This document shows, one piece after another, positions 1-10,355 of a stretch of 64,000 nucleotides of DNA. The position numbers and the translations under genes are program-made. The stretch lies in NCBI GenBank assembly GCA_046483285.1, contig JAWODN010000046.1:12888-76887 (forward strand). The letters run 5' to 3'. Source of the stretch: Candidatus Aminicenantes bacterium. Its GTDB lineage: Bacteria > Acidobacteriota > Aminicenantia > Aminicenantales > Aminicenantaceae. Within the stretch, counting starts at the first letter, position 1. Each line of letters begins with the position of its first letter. A model generated the notes under the pieces. The model saw nothing but the letters and a program-made list of their open reading frames with translations. It had not been told where the DNA came from and did not search any database.

Positions 1-1
1 C

Positions 2-511
2 ACAAGAAAAAATAATTTGGAATTGATCGAGGTGGAGCGTTTTGATGAAAATTTTGACCGGCTTTTTCAGCAGATCAGCCGGTCGTTCAAGATATCCGCA
101 TTGCGGACTTCTGATATTTGCAATTGGCGGTTTTTTGGATTGAAGGAAAGAGGTTATAATGTCATCGGATTGAAGGATAAAGGGAATATTCTGGGTTACG
201 CGGTTCTCCGCCGCATGAAGATGAAGACCTATAATGTCCTGGCTGTGGTGGACTTGTTTTTTTTGCCCGGTCACCGGGAAGCGGGAAAGCGCCTGTTTTA
301 TGAGATCCACCGCCGGTCCGTTCAGAAAAAAGTGGATATGGCTGTTTGTTTACTCGGCCCGGAGAGTTATATTTCCAGGATGCTGGGAAGAGCCGGTTTC
401 ATCAAAAGCCCTGAATTCTTCACTTCCGTAATCAATACTCCCGGCGACATCAAAGACTTCACCGAACCGAAAGATTGGCATATGACCTGGTTTGACCATG
501 ACTATGTTTGA
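2..511 (+). CDS. C-terminal part of GNAT-like acetyltransferase-fold protein (5' truncated by window edge)
   Basis: Frame is open from position 2; RxSD..NWRF..YNV..GYAVLR and VVDL pattern resembles C-terminal GNAT-like domains. Confidence 0.55.
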   Translation, partial: TRKNNLELIEVERFDENFDRLFQQISRSFKISALRTSDICNWRFFGLKERGYNVIGLKDKGNILGYAVLRRMKMKTYNVLAVVDLFFLPGHREAGKRLFYEIHRRSVQKKVDMAVCLLGPESYISRMLGRAGFIKSPEFFTSVINTPGDIKDFTEPKDWHMTWFDHDYV

Positions 512-550
512 CCGTTCATCATCCGGGTTATATACAACATTGAGGTAATA

Positions 551-1975
551 ATGACTATGAAGGTTTTATTAATCAATCCCCCCACCCGGAATCTAATCAA
601 GACTTTTGCTCCTGATGAATTAACCGAAGAAATGGGACTTTATCCTCCTATGGGGCTGCTGTATATTGCGGCTTATGCCCAGAAAGCACATGGGCGGAGA
701 TTTGACATCGAAGTGCTTGACACGCAGGTCGAGAGGATGAAATCCCGTGATATTGAGCAGGCTTTAAAGGAGCGGAAACCGGATGTTGTGGGCGTATCCG
801 CAATGACTTTTCTGGTAAAAGATGCTTTAGAGGTTTGCCGGCTGGCAAAAAAAGTCAATCCGGATACTCACACCATTGTGGGGGGGACGCATCCCACTAT
901 TTATCCCAGGGAGATGCTGTCTCAATGGGAAACGGACAGTGTTGTTTATGGAGAAGGGGAGATCACCTTCAGTGAATTTCTGGATGCTCTGGAGGCGGGT
1001 CAATCCCTGGCAGGTATAAAAGGACTCGGATATAAGGAAAAGGATGAAATTATTCTGAATCCGAAGAGAGATTTTATTATCGACTTGGACTCCCTGCCTT
1101 TTCCAGACCGGTCTCTAGTGCCGCATGAAAAATATTATAATTTATTGGGCGGATCCAAAGAAATCATGACAGGACTTTTGACAACGCGCGGATGTCCTTA
1201 CCATTGTATTTTTTGCACCAAAAAGGACGGCCGTCTTTGCCGCATGAGGTCTCCGGAAAACGTTGTCACTGAAATCGAAGAATGTATGGCCGGGGGAATC
1301 ACTGATTTTGATATTATTGATGATACTTTTACAGTCAATCGAAAGCGGCTGTTAGCGATCGCCGGCTTGATAATCCAAAAAAACTTGAATATAACCATGG
1401 ATCTCCGGGCCCGGGTGAATCATGTGGATGAAGAAATGGTAGAACGGCTGGCGCAGGCCGGGTGCAACCGTATCCGCTTTGGTGTTGAAAGCGGCAATCC
1501 GAAAGTATTGGAAAATTTAAAAAAAGGAATCACCCTTGAAGAAGTCAGGCGGGCTTTTCATCTGGCGAACCGGGCCGGGGTAACGACTTTTGCCTATTTT
1601 ATGCTGGGCTCTCCCGGAGAAACGGAAGAGGAAATAAAAGACAGTGTGAAACTTGCCAAAGAAATCAATCCGGACTATGCGCAATTTTTAGTAACCACAC
1701 CTTTTCCCGCTACCGAGCTGTATCGGCTTGGAATGGAAAAGGGAATTTTAAAAGGTGATTACTGGAGGGAATTTTCAAGGAATCCGCAAAAGGATTTCAC
1801 ACCTCAATGGTGGACCGAAAATTTCACTCATCAGGAACTCGAACATCTCCAGAAAAAAGCTCATCTGAGCTTTTATTACCGCCCCCGGTACGTCTGGAGG
1901 CAATTAAAAAAGGTCAAATCATTGAAGGAATTTTTACGCAAAGCGAAAGCTGCTTTCAGATTATCCGCCGGTTGA
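551..1975 (+). CDS. B12-binding domain radical SAM protein
   Basis: N-terminal PPMGLLYIAA...GGTHPT cobalamin-binding domain; CPYHCIFC (CxxxCxxC); FGVESG; SD GAGG upstream. Confidence 0.9.
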   Translation: MTMKVLLINPPTRNLIKTFAPDELTEEMGLYPPMGLLYIAAYAQKAHGRRFDIEVLDTQVERMKSRDIEQALKERKPDVVGVSAMTFLVKDALEVCRLAKKVNPDTHTIVGGTHPTIYPREMLSQWETDSVVYGEGEITFSEFLDALEAGQSLAGIKGLGYKEKDEIILNPKRDFIIDLDSLPFPDRSLVPHEKYYNLLGGSKEIMTGLLTTRGCPYHCIFCTKKDGRLCRMRSPENVVTEIEECMAGGITDFDIIDDTFTVNRKRLLAIAGLIIQKNLNITMDLRARVNHVDEEMVERLAQAGCNRIRFGVESGNPKVLENLKKGITLEEVRRAFHLANRAGVTTFAYFMLGSPGETEEEIKDSVKLAKEINPDYAQFLVTTPFPATELYRLGMEKGILKGDYWREFSRNPQKDFTPQWWTENFTHQELEHLQKKAHLSFYYRPRYVWRQLKKVKSLKEFLRKAKAAFRLSAG

Positions 1976-2002
1976 CACGGCCAAGCGGGCGCGGAGTATA
2001 AT
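1972..2002 (+). promoter_or_regulatory. Sigma70-type promoter, perfect TTGACA/TATAAT with 19-bp spacer
   Basis: TTGACA 1972-1977, TATAAT 1997-2002. Confidence 0.5.
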
Positions 2003-2036
2003 ACACCACGAATGATAAATGTTACTTTTGAACTGT

Positions 2037-2191
2037 GGCCATGGGGGCGGGATGATGGATAAGCCGGCCCGTATGAAGGCTGAGCGGGCACGGTTCCTCT
2101 CCGAAGGAGAGGAGAGCGTAGCCGGAATCGGAGCGGATATCCTTGCTGGGGACATCCGCGTGGCGGCGATCCATCAACCGCTCCCACGGCC
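2037..2191. repeat. Multibranch structured repeat element (partial copies at ~31170-31225 and ~39561-39627)
   Basis: GGCCATGGGGGCGG/CCGCTCCCACGGCC and TGATGGAT/ATCCATCA closing stems, three internal hairpins. Confidence 0.55.
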
Positions 2192-2259
2192 GCAAGAAAA
2201 CGATTTTATGAGTAATGACCCATGGCGGCTTCGCCACCCGCAAGATATGAAAATAAAAT

Positions 2260-2384
2260 CCTGGCTTATTCACGGAGCGGAGCGACGGGAATTTTAGAGT
2301 GCATCGGCTAATGAGCCGGAACCGACTCATCAGACGAAGCCGAATAAGATCCTCACGGCCTGCTTCGCAGGCCTCAGGATGACA
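2260..2384. mobile_element. MITE-like end (CCTGGCTTATTCACGG) fused to REP-like palindrome fragment
   Basis: Same end as 10017-10032 (reverse complement) and 30592; GAGCGGAGCGACG and CTCAGGATGACA shared with 30645-30763. Confidence 0.55.
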
Positions 2385-2452
2385 GCGAAGCTGTCATTTT
2401 CAAACGTATAGGTCAGATTTTATATTTTAAGATTTTAAGGAATGGAGGCACC

Positions 2453-5400
2453 ATGAGATTCCGATTTTTGTGGAATTTTATATTGAGTTGTGTTCTGGCT
2501 GCGGGTTTCGTCATCCCCCACGCGGTTGGGGGAGGGGCTTCTCCGGCAGTTCAGGAGGAAAACGGCTGGGATGTTTCGGTATTCCGGAATTTACGGTGGA
2601 GAAACATCGGCCCGGCGAACATGATGGGACGGGTCACGGATATTGAAGGTGTCCCCGGAAATCCGAACCTTGTGTATGTGGGGACCGCTTCCGGAGGAGT
2701 TTGGAAAACCGAAAACGGAGGAATCACCTGGACTCCCATTTTTGACGGCCAGCCGGTGGCTTCTATAGGCGATATCGCCCTGGAGCCTGGAAATCCGGAG
2801 GTCATTTATGTCGGAACCGGGGAGGCTAACGTCCGCAACTCGGTATCTTTTGGACGCGGGGTCTATAAATCCACTGACGGGGGCAAAAACTGGACGTTTT
2901 TGGGATTGGAAAAGACCGAGAGAATATCCCGGATCGTGATCCATCCCCGCAATCCCCGAATCGTTTATGTGGGAGCCCTGGGAAAAGCCTTCGGCAAGAA
3001 CCCGGACCGGGGGGTCTATCGATCCGAAGACGGCGGAAAAAATTGGGAAAAGGTGCTTTATATCGATGCGGAGCACGGGGTGGCGGATATGGATATCAAT
3101 CCCGTAAATCCCAATATTGTGTTCGCGTCCATGTGGCGTTTTGAGAGGAAGCCCTGGACCTTCGTCAGCGGGAGTAGGCGGGGAGGGGTTTTTCGTTCCA
3201 TTGATGGTGGACTGACCTGGAATAGAATGACGGACGGACTTCCCAAAATGGTGGGACGGATAGGGATCAAGGTGGCCCCCAGCCGCCCTCAAATCGTCTA
3301 TGTGGTTACGGAATCTCCGGAAGGCACGCTGTACAAATCCCTGGATGGAGGGGTCCGCTTTGAAAGGGTTTCCCAAAACGTCGAGGTCGTCTCCAGAGGC
3401 TTCTATTATTCCAGTCTCAGAATTGACCCCAAGGATGAAAACAGGGTTTACGCTCTTGCCTCAAGGCTGATGCTTTCCATAGACGGAGGCAAGACATTCA
3501 GCCGGATCTCGCCGTCGACTCATGTGGATTTTCACGCTCTTTGGATCGACCCTGAAAATCCTTCCCGGATATGGCAGGGCCAGGATGGCGGGATAGGCGT
3601 TTCCTATGACCGGGGAGATAATTGGGATTATGTCAATAACTTTTCGGTGGCTCAGTTTTATCAGATTCATGCGGATAACCGGGAACCTTTTTATTATGTT
3701 TCCGGAGGATTACAGGATAACGGGACTTGGGTGGGGCCCGGCCGCACCAGGGAGCCTGCGGGGGTGCTGAAAGCGGATTGGAGAATGGTAAGTTTCGGAG
3801 ATGGATTTCATGTGATATCCCATCAGGATAACCCTGATTTGTTTATCAGTGAATCCCAGGGCGGCAATATCATGCGGACCGATATGAAAACGCGCGAACA
3901 GCAGAATATAAGCCCGCAGCCCCGCCGGGCGGACGGGGATCCGGTCTCCGCCTTGCCCTACCGGTTCAATTGGAATACTCCCATTAACCAGTCTCCCCAC
4001 GATAAAAACACGGTCTATGTGGGGGGTAACGTGGTTTTCAAATCTCAGGATTTCGGAAACACTTGGGAAATCATCAGTTCTGATCTCACAACCGATGATC
4101 CGGACAAACAGAAAACCGCCGGCGGTCCCGCCTGGCCTGAAAACACCACGGCGGAATACCATTGCACCATTATCAGCTTGTCTGAATCTCCCGTTCAGCC
4201 CGGTGTGTTATGGGCGGGCACGGATGACGGAAATCTTCAGGTGACCATGAACGGAGGAGAAGACTGGAAAAACGTGGTTAATAATATCCCTGGTCTTCCT
4301 GGGGAAAGCCCGGTTTCCCACGTGGAACCGTCCATGACCTCCGCGGGACTGGCCTATTGTTCCTTTGACCGTCATATGCTGGATGATTTCAGGCCTTATA
4401 TATACCGGACTACGGATTTCGGCCGGACCTGGACCGATATCAGCGGAAATCTTCCCGGGGAGGCCTACATTTGGGTGGTGAGGGAAGACCCCCGTGACCC
4501 CAAGGTTATTTACGCCGGGACGGAATTGGGTATCTTTGTGTCGTTTTCGCGGGGGGGGGAGTGGATCAAGCTGCACATGGGCAATCTTCCGGCGGTCGCG
4601 GTCCATGACATTTTGATTCACCCCAGGGATAACGATTTGATAATCGGGACCCACGGCCGGGGAATATGGATTTTGGATAAAATATCTTTTCTGCAAGAGA
4701 TCTCCCCGGAATTACTGGGAGCGCAGCCCTATATTTTCACCGTGGACCCGGCCATGCGTCACACCGCCAAACCGACCCGCTACGGAACCGGCGATCGTGA
4801 GTATACCGGTGAAAACCCGGAGTACGGAGCTTTGATAACCTATTATCTTCCGGATGCCGTCCCGGAATCCGCGTCGCTTCGAATGAATATTCTTGATGAA
4901 GAACGAAAAATTACCCGGACTTTGCGAGGCATTCCCGGGAAGAAAGGGTTGAACCGGACCGCTTGGAATTTGCGCGGGGAAGCTCCTTATGGAAGAGAAG
5001 ATGAGGCCGGAGGGGGATCATTTTTCGGGGGTCCGTTGGGCCCGCAGGTTTTGCCGGGAACATACACCGCGCATTTAGTGGTTGAAGAAAAAGCATTTGA
5101 AAAGCCGGTGAAGGTGTTTATAGACCCGGCCTTGAATGTGCCTTTGGAAGTACTGGAGATTCAACATGAATATGCGGTTAAACTGCGCGACATGCAGTCT
5201 ATGGTTAACCGGGGAATAGAGGCTCTCGCCGCAATCAAGGAGCAGATCCAAGACCGGGAAAAAGCTGTCAGCGCCGGGAAGAGAAGATACCCGGAATCAG
5301 TTGGTCAGTCCATTGATGAGAACTTGGAAATCATCCGGCGGATTCAGAGTGTGTTGACCCGGCCTGAAAGCGTTCCTTTTTGGAGCGTTGGACCGCGTTT

Positions 5401-5617
5401 AATCGAGAGACTGGAAGGCCTTTTCAGATCCATTGACGGCGTTAACGCCGCGCCGACGGATGCCCAGATTGACTATTTCAATCAACTTCAGAATGAATCC
5501 AAGTCCGCTATGGCGCGGCTGAATGAATATTTCAGTGGAGCCGCAGTGGAGTTGAATGAAATCCTGGAACAGAATGATGTTCCTTCCGTGTTGATTCCGG
5601 AGATGATAAAGTTTTAA
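2453..5617 (+). CDS. Secreted BNR/Asp-box repeat (VPS10/sortilin-like beta-propeller) glycosyl-hydrolase-like protein
   Basis: Signal peptide; WRNIGPANMMGR; many SxDGGxTW Asp-boxes; C-terminal GLNRTAWNLR region and helical tail. Confidence 0.85.
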   Translation: MRFRFLWNFILSCVLAAGFVIPHAVGGGASPAVQEENGWDVSVFRNLRWRNIGPANMMGRVTDIEGVPGNPNLVYVGTASGGVWKTENGGITWTPIFDGQPVASIGDIALEPGNPEVIYVGTGEANVRNSVSFGRGVYKSTDGGKNWTFLGLEKTERISRIVIHPRNPRIVYVGALGKAFGKNPDRGVYRSEDGGKNWEKVLYIDAEHGVADMDINPVNPNIVFASMWRFERKPWTFVSGSRRGGVFRSIDGGLTWNRMTDGLPKMVGRIGIKVAPSRPQIVYVVTESPEGTLYKSLDGGVRFERVSQNVEVVSRGFYYSSLRIDPKDENRVYALASRLMLSIDGGKTFSRISPSTHVDFHALWIDPENPSRIWQGQDGGIGVSYDRGDNWDYVNNFSVAQFYQIHADNREPFYYVSGGLQDNGTWVGPGRTREPAGVLKADWRMVSFGDGFHVISHQDNPDLFISESQGGNIMRTDMKTREQQNISPQPRRADGDPVSALPYRFNWNTPINQSPHDKNTVYVGGNVVFKSQDFGNTWEIISSDLTTDDPDKQKTAGGPAWPENTTAEYHCTIISLSESPVQPGVLWAGTDDGNLQVTMNGGEDWKNVVNNIPGLPGESPVSHVEPSMTSAGLAYCSFDRHMLDDFRPYIYRTTDFGRTWTDISGNLPGEAYIWVVREDPRDPKVIYAGTELGIFVSFSRGGEWIKLHMGNLPAVAVHDILIHPRDNDLIIGTHGRGIWILDKISFLQEISPELLGAQPYIFTVDPAMRHTAKPTRYGTGDREYTGENPEYGALITYYLPDAVPESASLRMNILDEERKITRTLRGIPGKKGLNRTAWNLRGEAPYGREDEAGGGSFFGGPLGPQVLPGTYTAHLVVEEKAFEKPVKVFIDPALNVPLEVLEIQHEYAVKLRDMQSMVNRGIEALAAIKEQIQDREKAVSAGKRRYPESVGQSIDENLEIIRRIQSVLTRPESVPFWSVGPRLIERLEGLFRSIDGVNAAPTDAQIDYFNQLQNESKSAMARLNEYFSGAAVELNEILEQNDVPSVLIPEMIKF

Positions 5618-5675
5618 AATAGAGACGGTTTTTTCAGAAACAGGTCATCCTGGATGAAATATTAATAAGGAGATA

Positions 5676-6668
5676 ATGAATATGGCAGATTTATCCACGA
5701 GCTATATGGGACTGAGGTTAAAGAATCCCCTGATTGTCGCCAGCAGTGATTTGGCGAGAACCGCTGAGGACATTAAAAAATGCGCCGGGGCCGGAGCGGG
5801 GGCTGTGGTCATTAAATCGATATTTGAAGAGCAGTTTTTGGTTGATGAGGATAAAAATGAAGGAACTTCCATTTATCCGGAAGCTCTTGATTATATGAGA
5901 CAGGGAGGGCTTTTAGAATATGCCCCCGAAGCATTGGTGAAGGAAATTGAAACCGCCAAAAAGGAAGTGGATATTCCCTTGATAGCCAGCATCAACTGCC
6001 GGACACCTGATTTATGGCCTGAATTCGCAGGGCAGCTTCAAACCGCCGGGGCGGATGCGTTGGAATTGAATATCTATGATCTTCCCCTGGATTTGAAAGT
6101 TCCCGGGGATGAGCATGATGACATCAACATCAGGATTCTTAAGGCGGTCAAAGAGAAGGTCGATATTCCGGTTTCCGTCAAGCTGATCAACCAGGTTTCC
6201 TCTTTGCCGTATTTAAGCCGAAAACTGGCGGAAGCCGGAGCCGGGGGGCTGGTGTTTTTCAACTGGTTTTTGCAGCCGGATATCGATATCGACAATCTGA
6301 CCACGCGCAGCCGGAAAGGAAAGGGGGATTTTTTAGAATCCTTGAAATGGACGGCGTTGCTGTCGGGACGCATCAAGTGCGATATCGCTTCTTCCGGAGG
6401 CGTGATGTCCCATAAGGAAGCGATCAAACAAATCCTGGCCGGCGCATCCGCGGTTCAAATCTGCACTCTTCTCTATCAAAAAGGCCTGCAAGAGATTCAA
6501 AATCTTATAAACGGGTTGACCGGATGGATGCAGCCGCATGGGTTCGAATCCATTTCCGATTTTAAAGGAGAAATGTCTTTTCGCAAGCAGCAATTGACGT
6601 TCCGGGATATGGGGGAGGCCAAAAGCTATTTCCGGACCCAGTATTTGAAAACTTATTCCAAGTCATGA
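5676..6668 (+). CDS. Dihydroorotate dehydrogenase-like FMN protein
   Basis: LSTSYMGLRLKNPLIVASS, KSIFEEQ, ELNIY, VSVKL, SSGGV, LAGASAVQ. Confidence 0.85.
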   Translation: MNMADLSTSYMGLRLKNPLIVASSDLARTAEDIKKCAGAGAGAVVIKSIFEEQFLVDEDKNEGTSIYPEALDYMRQGGLLEYAPEALVKEIETAKKEVDIPLIASINCRTPDLWPEFAGQLQTAGADALELNIYDLPLDLKVPGDEHDDINIRILKAVKEKVDIPVSVKLINQVSSLPYLSRKLAEAGAGGLVFFNWFLQPDIDIDNLTTRSRKGKGDFLESLKWTALLSGRIKCDIASSGGVMSHKEAIKQILAGASAVQICTLLYQKGLQEIQNLINGLTGWMQPHGFESISDFKGEMSFRKQQLTFRDMGEAKSYFRTQYLKTYSKS

Positions 6669-6781
6669 TCCGCCGTCCCGGCCCGGCGCTCCACGCCGCC
6701 GCCGCTGCTTTTTCATGAATCCGGGACAATCATTCCGGGAATCGAGACGGGAGGGATTCTGATAATCAAAGGGAGGTCAAA

Positions 6782-7201
6782 ATGAAATCTCTTACTGAAT
6801 ATTTGACATTTAAAACAGAAACACGGAGAGCGTTTATCAATATGACTTCGGAAGTGGAGTCTTTAGTCAGAAAGAGCGGAATACAGGAAGGATTCTGCCT
6901 GGTCAATGCCATGCATATTACGGCCAGTGTGTTTATCAATGATAATGAGAGAGGGCTTTTCCAGGATTTTGAAGAATTGTTAGAGAAAATAGCCCCTCAT
7001 GAACCGGTTTCCAAATACAAGCATAATTTAACCGGAGAAGACAACGCGGATGCGCATTTAAAGCGAACCATTATGGGAAGGGAAGTGGTGATTGCGGTCA
7101 CCGAAGGCAAGTTGGATTTCGGCCCTTGGGAACAGATTTTTTACGGTGAATTTGACGGGCGCAGGCCTAAACGGGTTCTGGTCAAAATCATCGGGGAATG
7201 A
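6782..7201 (+). CDS. yjbQ: YjbQ/UPF0047 family protein (secondary thiamine-phosphate synthase)
   Basis: [36 protein letters not shown]; SD GGAGG. Confidence 0.9.
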   Translation: MKSLTEYLTFKTETRRAFINMTSEVESLVRKSGIQEGFCLVNAMHITASVFINDNERGLFQDFEELLEKIAPHEPVSKYKHNLTGEDNADAHLKRTIMGREVVIAVTEGKLDFGPWEQIFYGEFDGRRPKRVLVKIIGE

Positions 7202-7277
7202 TCTCCGGCCGTCCGGGCCGGCTCATCATCCAGGCTGAAAAAAAAGCCGTGGGAACACCTCAATCAATGAATCCTCT

Positions 7278-9860
7278 TCAGTCCCCCTCCGGGTAAAGCA
7301 GGCCGTTTAATAGGAACTTGTAGGTTCCATGGGACTGGCCCCGGTGCTGGCAGCGGATGCCGATCATGATGATACGGCCCTCTTTGTAACGAACGTCCAC
7401 CACCGCGGCCTGCCTGGAAACGGCATCTTCTCCCAGCAGCCAGCCGCTGAGAAGAATATCATTCTTGGGAAAAGATGCCACCACTGAGCGGTCCCATTCT
7501 CCATCCGGAATGGAGGTCCGGAATGCCAGGGAGTTGGAAAACACGGCTGCGGCTTCCGGAGGCATTCCGTATCCAATGGGCCTGGAATTATCCACCTTGA
7601 TCCTGAGAATGGAAGTGGGGCAGAAGAACTGATCCCGGCCGATATTTTCCAAAGCATTCCTCACCGGCGGCGAGAATTCATTTATAACCAGGCTGTTGGC
7701 ATTATTAAGTGTGATCATGCGGCCGCCTTCAGAAACAAATTCTTTAAGCGCCTCCACTCCGTTTTTGCCGATTCCGCCTTCATATTCCGGAGGTCCCTCG
7801 GTGTAATATCGGGCATAGCGGGACCCCGGCGCGGGTTTACCGTGGATGATGATATCCGGGCTTTCATCGGCGAAAATAATGACATCAAAGCGTTCTTTAA
7901 GGCTTTTGCCTGAATTGAAATCTTTGTTGCGCAGGGTGGTATAAGAGATGTCCATGTCATCAAAGATGTAGCGAACCCAGCCTTCATCCATATTGGCTTT
8001 CCAGGATTGATAGAGGCCGATCCGGGGCAGCTTCAAAACCGATTTTTGGATGCCTGAAATATCATCCAAAGCCTGCGCTTGCAGATTGAGGGATTTGAGT
8101 TTTTCCGGGAGATGGGATTGAACCCGGGAATCGTTGACAATCAGGAAACTTCCCGTACAGGCATGGATATCATCCGCATTAACCGGTGTTTTGGCCCGGA
8201 AAACTTCGGCTCCTTTTTCAAGCAGCGAAAAAACAGCGGCATAGGAGGCATTGGCTTTGGCATCGAGCAAAATATAACCGGCGTCTTCAGGAGGAGACGT
8301 GATTTCAGGCCCCGGGATGGTTTGAAGCCGCTCCATTTCAGCCTGAAAAGGAGAATCGATGCGGTCGCAGCGGACCCCCATCTGAAGAGGCAGGGTCCAC
8401 CCGGCGTTATCATAAGGCGGGATGGGAGGTCCTCCGGGATACTGCCGCATATCCGGATATTCCTGCTTTTCCAAAAGGGCTTGGGCGTAGGGGCGGTAGG
8501 GCTGGGAAAGATCAACCACAAAGGAACCGGCAGGGTAAATTTTCCCGTCCGCCGTAAAATCCTGCTTGGCTTGATGAATTTCCACCCCGCCCATCCGCAG
8601 AATATCCAGCATGCGGAGAGTGGTGGGGTAATCGCGCTGTTTTTTGGGGATGACAAAGGCATAAGGTTTCCCTTTCGGCCTGATTTCAATTGCGTCTTTG
8701 TTCATTTTGTAGAAGTTATAAAGAAAATCCTCTTTATGAAGATAAGCGGTTTTGAGCAGGCTTTTGGAGAAAATCAATTCATATTCCACCAGATCGCGCA
8801 AACGCCACCATCCTCCCGGCCAGGGATCCGGGAACTGTATGCGTTTTTCCACGTACGAGTCGGGAAGTTCGTTGGGCTCGATGTATATCGGAGTAGCGAT
8901 TTTGACGGAGGCCATTTCACTGAGAATCCCGATGGAATTATGAAGCCAGGATGTGTCGTTGCAGGCTCCGATCCACCATCCGGTGAATGAACGGCCGTGA
9001 ACGACGCCTTTGGCATCATTTTTTTGGAGGTCATAGGCCATGTTCATGCCCATCAGTGCCACACCTCTCCAAACCAAGGGGTGAACATTGGGAATGGGCG
9101 GATTATCAAAAGGAGGCAGAAACAGACGGGCGCCGGTTGAACCCATTTGATGCTGATCGATATGAATTTGAGGAATCCAGTCATGATAAAGAACTTGAGT
9201 CACCGCACGGGTTTCCGGAAGGTTGAACATAAACCAATCGCGGTTGTTGTTATGACCTGCGTAATGATGGTAAAGCCAGGGCATCCGGCTGCCCTCATAT
9301 TTGGTTCCCGCGTATTGCCGGTACCATTCCGTGACCATCTGCACCCCGTCGGGATTAATGGTGGGAGCCAGAAGCACGATAACATCCTGAAGGACCTTAT
9401 CGCTGTCAAATGGGGTGTTCCCGGTCACCAGGTTATAGGCGAATTCCATGGACATCTGTGAGGCCGCGATTTCGGTGGCGTGAAGGCTGCAGGTTATCAT
9501 CACCATGACTTTGCCTTCCCGGGCAAGTTCTTTGGCTTCAGATTCTGTCAAACCGCGGGTGTCGCGGAGTTTTCTGGTGATTTTACGATAGCGGTCGAGC
9601 TCGGCCATATTGGCTTCGGAGGTGATAACCGCCATGACCACCGGCTTTCCGAGCGTGCTTTCTCCGATGGTGATCACCTTGATCTTTTCAGATTCCTGGT
9701 CCAGGACGGCGAAATATTTTTGGATCTGGTCGGTATCGGCCAGTTTACGGTCAGCTCCGACTTGGTGGCCTAAAAATTCATCCGGAGACGTTTGCGCGTT
9801 CGCAAAAAGCGGAAACACCCATAACATGATGATAAATCCGATCCAGGTTTTTCTTTTCAT
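7278..9860 (-). CDS. Secreted M14 zinc carboxypeptidase family protein
   Basis: Signal peptide; SLHATE zinc motif, NPDG, NRDW, DQHQM; C-terminal GATase-like domain. Confidence 0.88.
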   Translation of the reverse strand: MKRKTWIGFIIMLWVFPLFANAQTSPDEFLGHQVGADRKLADTDQIQKYFAVLDQESEKIKVITIGESTLGKPVVMAVITSEANMAELDRYRKITRKLRDTRGLTESEAKELAREGKVMVMITCSLHATEIAASQMSMEFAYNLVTGNTPFDSDKVLQDVIVLLAPTINPDGVQMVTEWYRQYAGTKYEGSRMPWLYHHYAGHNNNRDWFMFNLPETRAVTQVLYHDWIPQIHIDQHQMGSTGARLFLPPFDNPPIPNVHPLVWRGVALMGMNMAYDLQKNDAKGVVHGRSFTGWWIGACNDTSWLHNSIGILSEMASVKIATPIYIEPNELPDSYVEKRIQFPDPWPGGWWRLRDLVEYELIFSKSLLKTAYLHKEDFLYNFYKMNKDAIEIRPKGKPYAFVIPKKQRDYPTTLRMLDILRMGGVEIHQAKQDFTADGKIYPAGSFVVDLSQPYRPYAQALLEKQEYPDMRQYPGGPPIPPYDNAGWTLPLQMGVRCDRIDSPFQAEMERLQTIPGPEITSPPEDAGYILLDAKANASYAAVFSLLEKGAEVFRAKTPVNADDIHACTGSFLIVNDSRVQSHLPEKLKSLNLQAQALDDISGIQKSVLKLPRIGLYQSWKANMDEGWVRYIFDDMDISYTTLRNKDFNSGKSLKERFDVIIFADESPDIIIHGKPAPGSRYARYYTEGPPEYEGGIGKNGVEALKEFVSEGGRMITLNNANSLVINEFSPPVRNALENIGRDQFFCPTSILRIKVDNSRPIGYGMPPEAAAVFSNSLAFRTSIPDGEWDRSVVASFPKNDILLSGWLLGEDAVSRQAAVVDVRYKEGRIIMIGIRCQHRGQSHGTYKFLLNGLLYPEGD

Positions 9861-9913
9861 TTGCTCCCTCCTATTCTTGACTTCTCATTTTATTCGCCTG
9901 ATCTATTACTTAG

Positions 9914-10032
9914 CCTGATCTATTCATAAAAAAATTGCGATGTTTTTGCAATCTCTTTCTTATCAGCGACAAGCATGGTTTTTAGTGATGCGCCTCGCAT
10001 CTGCGGCAATCCCGGCCCGTGAATAAGCCAGG
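9914..10032. mobile_element. 119-bp MITE-like element with terminal inverted repeats
   Basis: Ends CCTGATCTATTCA / TGAATAAGCCAGG; both arms near-identical to the ends of 30592-30972; one arm also matches 35783-35844. Confidence 0.7.
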
Positions 10033-10074
10033 ATTCGTAATTTTTTTATCCTTCTTTGAATAATCAAAAAAAAA

Positions 10075-10352
10075 CCGGGCCGCGCACCCGCTTCGACTGG
10101 AACCGCCCCTGCGTAACATGGACAGTAAGCTCGGGTGAGGCTGTCCTGCAGCACAAGAAACGGCCTTGCTGCCGCTGCTACCTTCCGGTCCTGACGGGAT
10201 TCACAAAGCGTCCTTTGCACAGGGCCCGCACCGTCATCACCACTTATCCATGCCCAGTCCAGAAGAAGCCCAGCCTCAGCCGGGAATTCAACCTCACTGC
10301 AGCGGATTGTGAGTCACAGGGCACCGCTAACTCCCCGTCTAGCACGGCCCGG
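10075..10352 (-). ncRNA. ffs: Large bacterial SRP RNA (Alu + S domain)
   Basis: Minus strand starts CCGGGCCGTGCTAGACGGGGAGTTAGCGGTGCCCTGT...CAATCCGC (Bacillus scRNA-type Alu domain); domain IV GTGAATCCCGTCAGGACCGGAAGGTAGCAGC; 5'/3' ends pair; followed by T-tract. Confidence 0.93.
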
Positions 10353-10355
10353 AAA

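Noticed and set aside
2060-2097. Group II intron domain V-like hairpin (AGCCG...CGGTT)
   Set aside because: Loop is 13 nt rather than GNRA, stem geometry is wrong, and there is no domain VI or RT gene.
2003-2452. Cobalamin or c-di-GMP riboswitch
   Set aside because: No B12-box/AGGGAA-GCCACTG core or GGCAAA-GAAA motif recognised.
8079-8990. Long antisense ORFs (also 2591-3376, 22682-23473, 30973-31770, 34402-35253)
   Set aside because: Shadow frames of well-supported genes on the opposite strand.
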